From assembly GCA_963575745.1 (NCBI GenBank), contig CAUYUJ010000010.1, forward strand, positions 1-64,000: DNA of 64,000 nt, written 5' to 3'. The translations under genes were made by a program, and so were the position numbers. Positions 1 through 13,900 of this stretch are shown here, piece by piece. The number at the start of each line of letters is the position of its first letter. Within the stretch, counting starts at the first letter, position 1. The notes under the pieces were generated by a model, which was not told the origin of the DNA, ran no database searches, and saw only the letters and a program-made list of their open reading frames with translations. The stretch comes from Prorocentrum cordatum. Lineage: Eukaryota.

Positions 1-2373
1 GCGCGTAGGCACATTCGCGCGTGTGCGCGTGTGGTGTGTGCGGTGTGCGTGTGTGCGTGTGTAGCGTGTGATGCGTGTGTGCGGGTGTGTCGTGTCGCGT
101 GGCGTGTATGGGTGTGTAGCGCGTGGCGTGTGTTGCGTGCGTGGTGTTTTGCGTGTGTGCGTGTGTGGCGTGTTGGGGCGTGTGTGCGTGCGTGCTTCGT
201 TGTGAGTGCGTGCGTGCGTGCGTCCGTGCGTGCGTGTGTGCGTGCGTGCGTGCGTGTGTGCGTGCGTGTGCGCGTGTGCGCGTGTGCGCGTGTGTGCGCG
301 CGTTCGTGCGTGCGTGAGTGTGTGCTTGCGTGCGTGCGTGCGTGCGTGTGCGTGTGTGCGCGTGTACGCGGTATGCGTGTGCGGGTGTGCGCGTGTGCGC
401 GTGTGCGCGTGTGCGCGTGTGCGCGTGTGCGCGTGTGCTCGTGTTCGCGTGTGTGCGTGTGTGCGTGTGTGCGTGGGTGCGTGTGTGCGTGTGTGCGTGT
501 GTGCGTGTGTGCGTGCGTGCGTGCGTGTGTGCGTGCGTGAGTGTGCGTGTGTGCGCCTGCGTGCGTGTGTGCGTGCGTGCATGCGTGCGTGTGTGCGTGT
601 GTGCGTGCGTGCGTGCGTCCGTGTGTGTGCGTGCGTGCGCGCGTGTGCGCGTGTGCGCGTGTGCGCGTGTGCGCGTGTGCGCGTGTGCGCATGTGCGCGC
701 GTGTGCGTGTGTGCGTCTGTGCGTGTGTGCGTGTGTGTGCGATTCCTGTGCCATGTCTCCCTAATTTAAGCTTTGCGTAGCCCGCTTAACCTTAAGCGGA
801 AGAGTTTCGCTCCCGCCCCGCAGATCAAAGAAGTGTGTGCGTGTGTGCGTGTGTGCGTGTGTGCGTGTGTGCGCGTGTGCTTGTGTGCGCGTGTGCATGT
901 GTGCGTGTGTGCGTGTGTTGTGCGTGTGTTGTGCGTGTGTGCGCGTGTGCGTGTGTGCGTGCGTGCGTGTGTGCGTGTGTGCCTGTGTGCGTGTGTGCGT
1001 GTGTGCCTGCGTGCGTCGGTGCGTGTGTGCGTGTGTGCGTGTGTACGCGTGTGCGTGTGTGGGTGTGCGTGTGCGTGTGTGCGTGTGTGCGTGTGTGCGT
1101 GTGTGCGTGTGTGCGTGTGTGCGTGTGTGCGTGTGTGCGTGTGTGCGTGTGTGCGTGTGTGCGTGTGTGCGTGTGTGCGTGTGTTCGTGTGTGCGTGTGT
1201 GCGTGTGTGCGTGTGTGCGTGTGTGCGTGTGTGCGCGTGTGCGTGTGTTCGTTTGTTCGTGTTTGCGTGCGTGCGTTCGTGTGTGCGTGTGTGCGTGTGT
1301 GCGTGCGTGCATGCATGCGTGCTTGCGTGCGTGCGTGCGTGCGTGCGTGCGCGCGTGCGCGTGTGCGCGTGCGCGCGTGTGCGCGTGTGCGTGTGCTTGG
1401 GCGCGTATGTGCGCGTGCGCGTGTGAGTGCGTGTGCGCGTGTGTGTGCGTGTGTGCGTGTGTGCGTGTGTGCGTGTGTGCGTGTGTGCTTGTGTGCGTGT
1501 GTGCGTGTGTGCGTGTGTGCGTGTGTGCGTGTGTGCGTGTGTGCGTGTGTGCGTGTGTGCGTGTGTGCGTGTGTGCGTGTGTGCGTGTGTGCGTGTGTGC
1601 GTGTGTGCGTGTGTGCGTGTGCGTGTGTGCGTGTGTGCGTGTGTGCGTGCGTGTGTGCGTGTGTGCGTCTGTGCGTGTGTGCGCGTGAGCGTGTGTGCGT
1701 GTGTGAGCGTGCGTGTGCGTTTGTGCGTGTGTGCGTGTGTGCGTGTGTTGCGTGGGTGCGTAATGTGCAATGTGCGTGTGTGCGTGTGTGCGTGTGTAGG
1801 CGTGTGCGGGTGTGCGCGTGTGCGCGTGTGCGTGTGTGCGTGTGTGCGTGTGTGCGTGCGGCGTGCTGTGTGTGCTTGCGTGCGTGTGTGCGTGTGTGCG
1901 TGCGTGCGTGGATGAGTGTGTGCGTTATGCCTGTGTGCGTGTTGGCGTGTGTGCAGTGTATTGCGTATGTGCGTGTGTTACGGTGTGCGTACGTAGTGCT
2001 GTGTCGGAGTTGGGCGTGTGAGTGTGTGCAGGGGGCCTGTGGCGTCGGTGCGGCGTGCGTGTGTGCGTGTGTTCGTGTGTGCGTGTGTGCGTGTGTGCGT
2101 GTATGCGTGTATGAGTGTGCGTGTGTGCGTGTGTGCGTGTGTGCGTGTGTGCGTGTGTGCGTGTGTGCGTGCGTGCGTGCGTACGTGCGTGCGTGAGCGC
2201 GTGCGCGCGTGCGCGTGAGCGCGTGCGCGCGCCGCGCGTGCGCGCGTGCGCGCGTGCGTTCGTACGTGCGTGCGTGCGTGTGTGCGTGCGTGCGTGCGTG
2301 CGTGCGTGTGTGCGTGTGTGCGTGTGTGCGTGTGAGCGTGCGTGCGTGCGTGCGTGCGTTCGTGCGCGCGCGC

Positions 2374-2404
<31 letters not shown>

Positions 2405-2445
2405 CGTGCGTGCGTACTTGCGTGCGTGTGTGTGTGTGTGTGTGT
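1..2445. repeat. Compound (GT/GCGT/GTGTGCGT)n alternating purine-pyrimidine microsatellite
   Basis: Direct inspection; short unique interruption at ~740-832. Confidence 0.95.
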
Positions 2446-2960
2446 TCCAGGTGTCTGGTTGTTAAGTGTAGGGCGAGCAGGAGCTCCAGTGATGTCATGA
2501 CCGAGCGCGTGGCTGATCATCCAGTTGCAACAGTTTTCGCACGGGCTTCAGCGCAGCCACGGTGACTGGTTTTGGCAAGGTCACCATCACCGATCTCCAA
2601 TATGGCTTTCTGGGACATGATGAAGTGGTGCACGCAATGACCAGGTGCTCATAGCGGACACGAACAAATACATTTATACATATTTAAAAACACGTGCCAC
2701 AAAATTAAGGTTCAACGTGCCACCGAAAGTTTGCCTGCCGCGATTGACATGGAGTAAATCTGCACTCCGCGAAAGCGCTGGGACCAAAGCGATGCGCCGT
2801 GCAGCCATTCCGAAATGCGCCTCTGAAGATTTAGCGATTGATGCGGTTCCCAGGGACAGCTCCTGCACTGCAGGGGCGGCTTGTCCGCCGTCGCAGAGCA
2901 TTGCTCGCCGCTGCCTGGACTCATCGCCGCCGGCTCTGTCCCCGAGTGTCCCCGCCCGCG

Positions 2961-3107
2961 ATGTTGCCTTCCACTATGGCCGACCTCCTCCGCTTGCCCC
3001 TGCCCACGACCGCCCCCAGTCGTCGCCAGCGTGGCCTTCCCCTGCGAGGGTTGCCAGAGCGTGGCTTTGGCCAGGGGTGGTCCCCAGCTCTTCGGGGGGA
3101 GGCGCAG
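2961..3107 (+). CDS. Gene A candidate first exon
   Basis: (MLPST)MADLLRLPLPTTAPSRRQRGLPLRGLPERGFGQGWSPALRGEAQ|GT, phase 0; AGGTG is repeated at the 5586 acceptor. Confidence 0.35.
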
Positions 3108-6100
3108 GTGGCCTCCCCAGGCCCCCGACATCATGATTTTGCTCACGACCCCCCCTGCGCGGTTTCCTCGGGGGCCGTAGGCGACCCGAGGAGAAGGAGG
3201 AGGAGGAGGAGGAGGAGGAGGAGGAGGAGAGGAGAGTCTAGGAGAGGAGAGGAGAGTGGGGCGGGGGGGGGGATGAGTGGGAGGGGGGGGAGCGGGGGGA
3301 AGGGATGGAGGAGATGGAGGAGATGGAGGAGATGGTAGGAGAGGAGGAGGAGGAGGAGGAGGAGGAGGAGAAGGAGAGGAGTTTGGAGGAGGATGGGGAG
3401 GGGGATGGGGGACGGAGGAGGAGGAGAGGAGAGGAGGAGGAGGGAGGAGGAGAAGGGCAGGAGGGAGGAAGAGGAGGAGGAGGAGGAGGAGGGAGCAGGA
3501 GGAGGAGGAGGAGGTGACCCCCAGAGAGCTGGACCCCTTCCCCGCGCGTCGACGGTCCCAGGTCCGGGTGAGGGCCCCCACGACCCGTGCGCGGTGATCT
3601 CGTGCACGACGCGAGGGGGTTCAGCCACGCGCAGAGGGGGGTGGGAGGAGGAGGAGGAGGAGGAGGAGGAGGAGGAGGAGGAGGAGGAGGAGGAGGAGGA
3701 GGAGGGAGGAGGAGGATAGGAGGAGGAGGAGGAGGAGGAGGAGGAGGAGAAGGAGGAGGAGGGAGGAGGAGGAGAGGAGGAGGAGGAGGAGGAGAGAGGA
3801 GGAGAGGTGGGAAGGAGGAGGAGGAGGAGGAGAGGAGGAGGAGGAGGAGGAGAGGAGGAGGAGAGAGAGGAGGAGGAGGAGGAGGAGGAGGAGGAGGAGG
3901 AGGAGGAGGAGGAGGAGGAGGAGGAGAGGGAGGAGGAGAGGAGGAGGAGGAGGAGGAGGAGGAGGAGGAGGAGGAGGATGGAGGAGGAGAGAGGAGATGA
4001 GGAGGAGGAGGAGAGGAGGAGGAGAGGAGGGGAGGAGAGGAGGAGAGGAAGGAGGAGGAGGAGGAGGAGGAGGAGGAGAGGAGGGGAGGAGGAGGAGGAG
4101 GATGAGGAGGAGGAGGAGGAGGGAGGAGAGGAGGAGAGGAGGAGGAGGAGGAGGAAGGAGAGGAGGAGGAGGAGGAGGAGGAGGTGAGAGGAGGAGGAGG
4201 AGGAGGAGGAGGAGGAGGAGGAGGAGGAGGAGAGGAGGAGGAGGAGGAGGAGGAGGAGGAGGAGGAGGAGGAGGAGGAGGGAGGAGGAGGAGGAGGAGGA
4301 GGAGGAGGAGGAGGAGGAGGAGGAGGAGGAGGAGGGGAGGAGGAGGAGGAGGAGGAGGAGGAGGAGGAGGAGGAGGAGGAGGAGGTAGGAGCAGGAATAG
4401 GAGGAGGAGGAGGAGGCGGAGGAGGTGGAGGAGGAGGAGGAGGAGAGGAGGGGGGGAGGAGGGGAGGGGGATAGGAGGGGAGGAGGAGGAGGAGGAGGGG
4501 AGGAGGAGGGAGAGGAGGAGGAGGAGGAGGAGGAGGAGGAGGTGGGTGGAGGTGTTCTTAGACGGCGCGGGCCTCATCTAGAGATGTCAGGCCGGCACCT
4601 TCTTAAGGAGCAGCCTCCTTCTGAGAAGCCCTCCTCCCTCCCTCCACCCCCGTGCGCGCGCCGCCAAGGGGTGTGGGTCCAGAGCGCCCCTCACGAGGCT
4701 TGGAGGGCCCTAGGGGCCCCAGATGGCGCGGCAGGAGGAGGAGGATGAGGAGGAGGAGCAGGAGGAGGAGGAGGAGGCGGAGGAGGAGGAGCGTAGAAGA
4801 GGAGGAGGCGGCGAAGGAAGAGGAGGAGGAGGAGGAGATGGAGGAGGAGGAGGAGGAGGAGGAGGAGGAGGAGGAGGAGGAGGAGGAGGAGGAGGAGGGG
4901 GAGGGGGGGACCTTGGGCCAGGAGCACCCTTGTCGACCACCGGCTCCCGCCACGCTGTGTCGGGGCCCCCGCGACAAGCCCCGTCGAGGACAGGGCCTCG
5001 CCTCTTTCGGCGCGCCTCGCCCTCGGCTCCGGCGGAAGCGCTGCGAAGGTGAAACCACGGCGGGTCCGCCAGCGGAAGGTGGCGGAAGTAAAATTAAGTC
5101 GGTCATGTCCAACAGGAGGAATTTTCAAAAATAGTTTTACAAAAATAGTCAGGGGACTATGTTTCGACTACGTTTGACTATGTTTGAGCGTTCGTTTGAC
5201 TTTTTCTCACTCGGCTCCACAACCCGCCTGTAGGAGGACATGCCCGACCTAAAGGTAAAAGTGAGACGTCCTCATGTTGGGGCTCAGGGTTCCCAGATTG
5301 CCCCGCCACCTGCGTGCGCGTCATCGGGCCCGGGGGCCATCAGTCATGACCGCGGAGCAGCAAAAAACAGTCAGATGTTTGGGTTTCCGTGAGCGGCCAG
5401 ATTCGGTTTGACCGCTCTGGGGCTTGCCGTAGTCCCAGGTTGGCCCCGACGTTCGCGGCGAAGGGTCGTGGGATCCCCGCGGGTTCTGCACTCGTCTTCG
5501 CAAGCGCTTGGAACGGTGCGGCTCCGCGGGCGTCACGCTCCGGCCGCGGCCCTGCGCAACTGCTGTTGCGACTTGCATGTTGGGAGGTGTTCGCGGCCGA
5601 CTTCCAGACGCAGCTGGGGTTCAAGCCCGTGGCGTTGTCTGGGCGCGTCATCGTCGGGCGCGTCGTGCCCGAGTCGCTGGTGGACGCGGCCGGGGTGAGG
5701 AGACCGGCCGTCGCTTCGGCCGTTGATCATGTCCATACATGCCATAGTTTGGCTGCAGATGGCTACCGCCACCAGCGCATTCACCAGGTCCTCTCCCTGG
5801 GTCTCGTCCCGGGCGCTCTTTCTCGCCCCTCCCGTGAAGATCACACAGGCAAATGCTGCGTCAAGTCATCACCGCTAGCTGAGATCGAGATTCGCCGTTC
5901 TACATCCCCTGAGATCCGACGTTGCGAAAAAGGTTCGACATCTCAAGAAATACTTACCGGAGCCTCAGACCTCATCTTTCGCCTCATGTCTCGAGCCGAG
6001 TTGATCTGTATGTGTCAGGGCCCGAAGCGGGGCTGAAGCGCACGTCGTGAAAAGTTGCAGCGTGAGGATCTGAGGGTCCTGTCGCAGAGTGGGTGCTCGA

Positions 6101-9100
6101 GATGGAGGCTGAAGGCACAGCTCCATGGCAGGCCATGGCACGGACATGCGCCCAAGCGTTCAGTCGGGCCTGTCCCTCTACAGGAGGAATGTTCAAAAAT
6201 AGTCATAAAGATCGACTGGGGGCTATTTCTCTTCGTATTGTTTGACCATTTGGGGGCATTTTTGGAGTATGTGTTATATGTTTCGTCGAACATCCTCCTA
6301 GGACGGCCGGAGGCGCCTCGACAAAGCGTCACAGCGTCAAACGGACAACACGGGAACCGACGCAATGCGCTCTACAGGCATCCTCTTCTTTGCTGCTCTC
6401 TTTCTCGCAAGTCGCGCCCAGTTGTCCTCCAAGGTCGGGGTTCGTGGCAATATCAGGTTTATCTTTCGTCGAATCGAAGACCGATTTCTGACCACATCCA
6501 CCTCTGGATCCTCGATTCTATGATAGGCCCTCGGGGGTGGAAGTGGGTAGTGTCTCCTTCCCCTGGGGCGGGGAAACTGCCCACCTCCACCTCTGGAAAC
6601 CACTTCTCGCAAGGCACCTCGGGAAGTGGGTGTGGTCAGAAATCGGTATCCTATCGAACATCCCCCTGTGAGGGGGTCCACGCCCGACCTAGCCCAAGCG
6701 CCGAAGAGGCTGCTGTCCCGGAGAGCGGGCCAGGCCGGCGCGTGCAGGCCGAGCACGGCCGGGCCGAGGTGCGAGCTCGAGGCCGGTTCGGGGAGGGCAT
6801 CCGCCCCAATGTTCTTTTGTGCCGGCTGGGTGCTCTCGCGCATCCTCGGGGAGGGTAAAACGACGCGAAGATCGGGACATAATCGGATCGGGATAACTCG
6901 AATTCTCTGAGAATCGGCGGGTTTGGAGGATGTATTGGGCGCCGCGGCCGCTCCAGAGCGTTCCGGAACGCTCTGAGAGCGCTCCGGAACGCTCTGGAGC
7001 GATTTATCCCGATCCTAGCCATGTTTTAGAGGGCACCCTATCGAATGCTTCTCAGTTTGGCCGGCGGAGGGTCTCATGTCTTGGGGGGGGTGCTCTTCTG
7101 TCCTAGGCCGGTTCGGGGAGGGCACACGCCGATGTTCTTTTGTGCCGGCTGGGTGCTCTCGCGCATGCTTGGGGGAGGGCACCCTCGAATAGGAGGGGAA
7201 CAGAGAGTGACATAGACGTAAAAACTCGGAGGTCCGCGCGGATTTCTCGGATCGGCGCTGGACCCCCCTCCCTGGCGCGCGGAACGCGCCAAGGGCAGCA
7301 CCGGAGGCGCCGCCGGGGGGGCCCAGCGCCGATCCGAGAAATCCGCGCGGACCTCCGAGTTTTTACGTTTACGTCACTCTCTGTTCCCCGATCGAATGCT
7401 TCTCGGTTCGGCCGGCGGAGGGCCTCATGTCCTGGGGGGGGTGCTCTTCTGCCCCAGGTCCGGCTGCAGCTATGTCAGTGAGCTCGTGTTGTGCACGGTC
7501 GTCTTCTGTTCCCTTCGCTTTTGTAGCTATGTCAGTGAGCTCGTGTTGTGCACGGTCGCCCTCTGTTCCCTTCGCTTTTCGTGGCCGTGCTGCTCTCGTG
7601 CTCCGTGGCAGGGCCGGCGACGAAGCGGTCGCGATCTTCGGCGCGAAGGTCAACGAAATGAGGAGACGGTTTCGCCAGCAGAGGGAGAAGTTCGCGGATG
7701 GGCACGGGGAGCGAATAGGCGTACGGATGGGAGGGGGGAAGAGGAGAGAGCATCGGGCAGGCAAGAGCTTGGCATCGCTCGGACGTGTGCGTCTTTTCCT
7801 CGGCAGCTTCGCCAGCAGAGGGAGAAGTTCGCTGATGGGCACGGGGAGCGAATAGGCGTACGGATGGGAGGGGGGAAGATCAGGAGGGGAAAAGGCACAC
7901 AGACACAATGATTCGTCGACTCCCAGAAAAGATGCGGAAATATGGGAAGTGGGGGTGGAAGACAGAAACCCAGAAAATATGGGAAAATATAGGGGATCTT
8001 TTTATTTGTGTGTATTTATTTGTGTGTCCCAGGGCCCCTTCAGAAGAGGAGGGCGCATCGGGCAAGCACTAGCTTGGCATCGCTCGGACGTGTGCGTTTT
8101 TTCTTCGGCGAGGACCATCGAGGAGCATCCTTGATCATGTGGGCGAAAAACCACGCACGAAACCGAAAACAACACAGGGAATGGACGTCCGAGCGATGGC
8201 CAGAGAGGGGCAGTGATGGGGGTTGGGAAGAAGGCGATGTGCATCGAGAGGCAGAGCGGAGAGGCAGCGAAGGGGGGCGAGGGCGGGGCGAAGGAGAGAG
8301 AGCGCGAGCGAGTAGGCGCAGGCTGCTTGCGGAAGTCGATGAATGGATAGGAAGCATGCTGCCAAATCGTTTCCAGATGTCGAACGACGTGTCGACCATG
8401 TTTTGAACATGTCAAAACATGTCTGAAACATGTTTAGGACAGGTTTTACACGTTACACAAGTTTAACTGAATGATAGGATTGTGAGAGTGCCCATTGTCG
8501 TGGCATCCACAAATGTATACATGACCACTGCCTGGAGGATCCATTTTCGGGGACCTCGGCAGGCGGTGGATCTGGATACATTCGGGCCCCCAGGGGCAAA
8601 CATATGTCCATATCCACCGCCCGCTGGGGCACCAGGACGCCAGTCCCCAGGCGGTGGATAAGGATAAATCCCCGCCTCGCAAAAAAAAACAAAACAAGAC
8701 CGTCATTCTCCCTAGCAGCTACGAGCTGGAGCGCATGCTGACCCAACGCCCGTTGAGGATGCGCCGGGGAGGGGCCGAATAATATTTCTATGCCCAGGTA
8801 AGCATGTTCGGAGGTCCGCGCGGATTTCCTGGATCGGCGTTGGGCCGGATCTCAGACGACATGCTTTTCTGCATGAACATGAATGTTTGGGGCTCCGCGC
8901 AGATGTCCTGGATCGGCGCTGGGCCCCCCTGACGGCGCCCCAGGCGCCGCCCCTGGCGCGCTCGGCACGCCTGGGAGGGTTTCAGCGCAGAGGGAAGAAG
9001 TCCGCGCGGACCCCCGACGGTTTATGTGTACGTAGTTGTGTCTTCGTCAAGGGAACGAGTGGAAGCTATTGTTGAGGATCTGTGGAGATTTTGCGCGAGC

Positions 9101-10863
9101 ATCCCGACAGAGTTTGGCGCTGCGTTTTGCTGACAGCGCTGCCCGTGAGACCCCCCGAACTGCGACAGACAGAAAGGGTACGTCTGGCGCCAGGCGTGCG
9201 GAGCTTCTCTCCATAGAGCTCCCCATCAAGCCTTTTTGGGGGCCCTTGCCAACAGCCTAAAGGGGGGGTAGTTCTCCAGAGACCTCGAAAAGGGACCATC
9301 GGAGGCCTCCAGAGATTCAAAGAGAATGTAGAAACATCCCAGATCCTAAATCCCCGATGAGATTCGATGAGAATGAAGAGACGTCCCAGATCCTTGATCC
9401 TCGATGCTCGATCCCCTGCCCCTTTCCCATCCTTCGGGAGCTGGTCTCCCCAGACCTCCGACGTTATGATTTGTTCACCACGTGGTGCACCAGGGGTCTC
9501 GACCCGTTCCCTGGGACGGGTCACCCCGAGTCTTTTGTTGACGGTCGAAGGGCCCGGTGAGGGTCCCTGGAGGCTGAAAGCGGCCCACAACCCTCCGTCG
9601 TTTCTTCTTCACAAGGCGTGGAGGTAAGGCAGCCTCCCGGGACACCCTCGCAGGTATGGTTCAATTGTGCTCCCGACCGTTCCCCTTGGGGTACTTGACC
9701 CGACTTGAGTGGCTGCAGGACCCCCCGAGGCCGAGAGCGAGGAAACACGCCGAGCTGACAAAAACCAGATCACATCGTCGGAGGTCTGGCTCGGGAGCTG
9801 CTCTCCGGCACACCCCGTGGCCGGTGCAGGATGCAGTTCGCGCAGCAGCCGGGCGGCCGCCCGGCAGACGACGACGGCCAGCACGCCGCCGAGCCGACCC
9901 GGGCAGCCGCCCGGGGCCACCGGCCAGCAGGGCGCCCCGCCGCGAGCCGGGCCGCGCTGCCGGGCAGCCAGCCGGCGCCCGCGCCCTCGCGCACGGAGGC
10001 GGCCAGCCCCGAGGTCCAGGCCTCTCGCAGTCTTGTCCACCGTGGGCGGTCTGGCTCCGTGTCGGTCGGGCTCGAAGAAGCCGCAGAGAGATTGGGGCCA
10101 GGGCTCGAGTGGTTCTGTGTGTAAGTCTGTAAGTGTGTGTAAGTGTGTGTGTGTAAGTGTGTGCGAGTGTGTGTGTGTACGTCTGTGCAAGTGTGCGCAA
10201 GTTGTGTATGTAAGTGTGTATGTTTGTGTGAGTGTGTGAGTGTGTGTAAGTGTGTGTGTGTATGCGTGGGTGTGAGTGTGTGTGCGTGTGTGTGTGTGTG
10301 TATGCGTGGGTGTGAGTGTGTGTGCGTGCGTGCGTGCGTGCGTGCGTGTGTGTGTGTGTGTGTGTGTGCGTGTGCGTGTGCGTGTGCGTGTGTGCGTGTG
10401 CGTGTGCGTGTGCGTGTGCGTGTGCGTGTGCGTGTGCGTGTGCGTGTGCGTGTGCGTGTGCGTGTGCGTGTGCGTGTGCGTGTGCGTGTGCGTGTGCGTG
10501 TGCGTGTGCGTGTGCGTGTGCGTGTGCGTGTGCGTGTGCGTGTGCGTGTGCGTGTGCGTGTGCGTGTGCGTGTGCGTGTGCGTGTGCGTGTGCGTGTGCG
10601 TGTGCGTGTGCGTGTGCGTGTGCGTGTGCGTGTGCGTGTGCGTGTGCGTGTGCGTGTGCGTGTGCGTGTGCGTGTGCGTGTGCGTGTGCGTGTGCGTGTG
10701 CGTGTGCGTGTGCGTGTGCGTGTGCGTGCGTGTGCGTGTGCGTGTGCGTGTGCGTGTGCGTGTGCGTGTGCGTGTGCGTGTGCGTGTGCGTGTGCGTGTG
10801 CGTGTGCGTGTGCGTGTGCGTGTGCGTGTGCGTGTGCGTGTGCGTGTGCGTGTGCGTGTGCGT

Positions 10864-10904
<41 letters not shown>

Positions 10905-13900
10905 TGTGTGTGTTGCGATGTTGCACTTGTGCCCGTGGCGTCGGATCTCGGGGGCCCAGGGCGGCCAGCCAGGGCGCCCCGCCGCGAGCGAGGCCGCACC
11001 GGCGGGCGCGGGCAGCCCGCCCGCGCACGGCGCCCGCACGCCCGCGCCCGCGGCGGATCTCGGCCCGCAGGCGCCGGCCTCCTCCGCGCGGGCCGCTGCG
11101 GGTCGGAGCCTCGGTGTGGGGCGGCGGGCGGCGGACGTGGACGCGACCGCCGACAGGCCAGCGACGGGAGAAAGAACGGGGCCGACTGTGCGGACCTTCC
11201 CACGCAAGCTTCCCCCCGCGGGGGCTCGCGCGTCGGCACTCCGTGCCTCGTGCAAGGCCCTCTTCCTTTCGTCGCTCAGGCGGCTCGCGCCCTCGCCTGC
11301 ACTGGCGCCTGCGCCCGCGCCCGCGCCGGTACCCGCGCCGGCGCCCGGAGCCCAGGCGCTGGCGCCCGGTGCTCAGACGCCGCCTGCTGCCTGGGCAGCC
11401 GCGGGCCAGCGCCTGCTGCCCGGGCGGGGCGCGGCGGAGGTTGATGCGGCTGTCCGGCTGCCTGCGGCAAGCCCCGCCGTCGTGCCTGCAGTTCTCCTCT
11501 TCCTCCCCCCCTCCCTCTAGCTGCTGCGTGCGGGCTTTAGGGGTGAGCTGGGCCTACTCCTTTTCTTGAGGGACCAGACGCGTCCCATAGATAGTCAAGG
11601 TACAATGTATGTCATCCGCCAGGTTTAGACTCTTCTTAGCGCCACGATGCACGACAGCATTGATCGAGGGAGTCATGCTAATTTCGGTGTGCTTAACTGT
11701 TTCCGGTAGGTTGTGGCACGAGAGAATGTCGAACCCAGGGTAGAATCGAGTCCTCCGCCTCCTCCCTCCTCCCTCTTCCTCGTCTTCCTCCTCCTCCTCC
11801 TCCTCCTCCTCCTCCTCCTCCTCCTCCCTCTTCCTCCTCCTCTTCAGCTGCAGCACGGCGACCGCGACCATCCGCGCCTGGATGGAGAAGCCGTGCGGGG
11901 GGCCACCTCCGCTGATAGCCATCACCATCACGAGGTACGGAGTGGAGTCGCACCCGACGCACAAGCTGAGGAGGTTGCTCGACCAAGACCGCTGGTTCTG
12001 CGAGCGATGCGGAGGAGCGACGACGGAGCTGATCGCCGCGAAGCTGCAGGAGCCCTGCTGCGGTCACACAGTCTGCAGCAGTGGCCACTACAGGCTTGAG
12101 GGCTGGCTGAGGCAGGCCGCCAAGGAGGGCGGAGCAGGACAGCGGGCAGCGCCGTACGAGACCTACGCAGACGGCGGGCTGAGGTGTCAGAACGCAAGTC
12201 CAGCGGCGGTGCTCCTCGAGCCGTCAGCTGGTTCATCGTCGACAGGGACGCAGCCACCAGCCGAGATCTGCGCGGACGGCGAGCTGAGGTGTCAGAACGC
12301 TAAATCCATGTCGGTGCTCCTCGAGCCGACCGCTGGTTCACGTCGCCACTGCAGCCCGAACCAAGGCCAGGACTACGCACAGTGTCAGAACGCAAATCCA
12401 GCGGCGGTGCTCCTCGAGCCGTCAGCTGGTTCATCGACGACACGGCTCGATCATGACCACGGCCAGGTCGCGACGGGGTGTCTGAACGCAAATCCCGCGG
12501 CGGTGCTCCTCGAGCCGCCCGTGGGTTCAGCGTCGCCACGTTCGGACGAGCAGGTGCGGAGGACCCGCACCGAAGAGGAGCAGCAGCAGGAGGCACAGCG
12601 ACTACTACAGACCGCAGCGAGACAGGCCATCACCAGCGTGCAGCCCGAACACGACGCCGCGCAGAGCGCCACGCAAGCGGAGGACCTCGACGACGCTGAG
12701 GCAGAGGCAGCGAGAGCGAGGGCCTTGCTGGAGGCCGAGAGGGAGAAGGCAGCTGGGCAGCGAGGAGAGAGGCCTCAGCTGAGGAGAGCCACGCGAGAGG
12801 CCCCTCTGCCTCTCGCAGAACTGAGGCGCCTGCTGGAGGGCGGCGCACAGCGAGAGAGGCGACCAGCGCGAGCCACGCGACAGACGGCTACGCGAGGCGG
12901 AGGCGAGAGGGGCCAGACGACAGGCGGCGGTGGCCAGACGGCGGTGCGGTGCGAGGCACGCGACGAAGCGGCTGCTGGACTGCCTGCAGGTCTTGCGGGG
13001 CATGTACCCCGCGCTGATCCAGGGTGTGGTTCAGGCCGTGAAGTTCGTGCTGCGGCTGCCCCGCCGCCCCACGCAGCTGCGGGGCCACCCGAGGAGGACG
13101 AGGAGTAGGCGGGCGCCGCCACGCCGCCGCGCGCGCCCGCGCGGCGGCCGCCACGACGCTGGCGGCTCGAAAGGGTTCGAAAGGGCTCCTCCTCCTCCCT
13201 CCTCCTTCTGGGAAGGGGCGAGGGGGCCAGGACAGGGGCGGGGAGAGGCGGACAAGAGGGCATCCGCAATAGCGGTTTCTACCCTGCCCGCGGACCCCTG
13301 CGTGGGGAGATCGGTGCAGGTAGGGCCAGAGCGTCACGAAATGAACACAGCTAGGCCATACTAGATTTCTGTTGACGCAGCTCAGCTCTAGCATCGAACC
13401 AGCCCGAGAGCTCGATCGATCGATCAATATTTAATCCTCCTCCACCTCCTCCTCTTCCTCCTCCTCCTCCTCATCTTCTTTTTCACCCTCATGCTCCTCC
13501 TCATCATCTTCCTCCTCTTCCTTCTCGTCCTCCTGCAGGCATCAAGGAGACCTCTTGGTATCCTTGAGAGGCCTCTTGGGGCCCTGGTTTGCTGGGCTCG
13601 TTGAGGGTCTGTCGGAGTCTCGGGGGCGTTGTAGGGGCGATGGTTCCACAGAGCTCTCCCCGGAAAGGCTCGGTTGACACATCTGTGGGATGTCCGGGTG
13701 CGTCTCGGGGCCATCTTTGAGCTTTCTTCGGTCGTTTTACTGGGCTCGCGGGCAGTCTTGGAACTGTCTTGAGGCGCGCTCTTGGGATGGTGTTGGCCGT
13801 CGTGGGGGCTTACTGGGACTATTTGAAGCTTTCCCGAGGCGATGTGCATACGGAAAGCTTCAGATGTGAAACTATAAGTGACGTGGGTTGTTCAATGTTC

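Noticed and set aside
1..4910. Long ORFs rich in CVR/HTR, poly-E/G/R and poly-P/L/S (also at 10143-10900, 22850-23250, 34100-34560, 57480-59100 and elsewhere)
   Set aside because: These are translations of microsatellites that lack stop codons in several frames.
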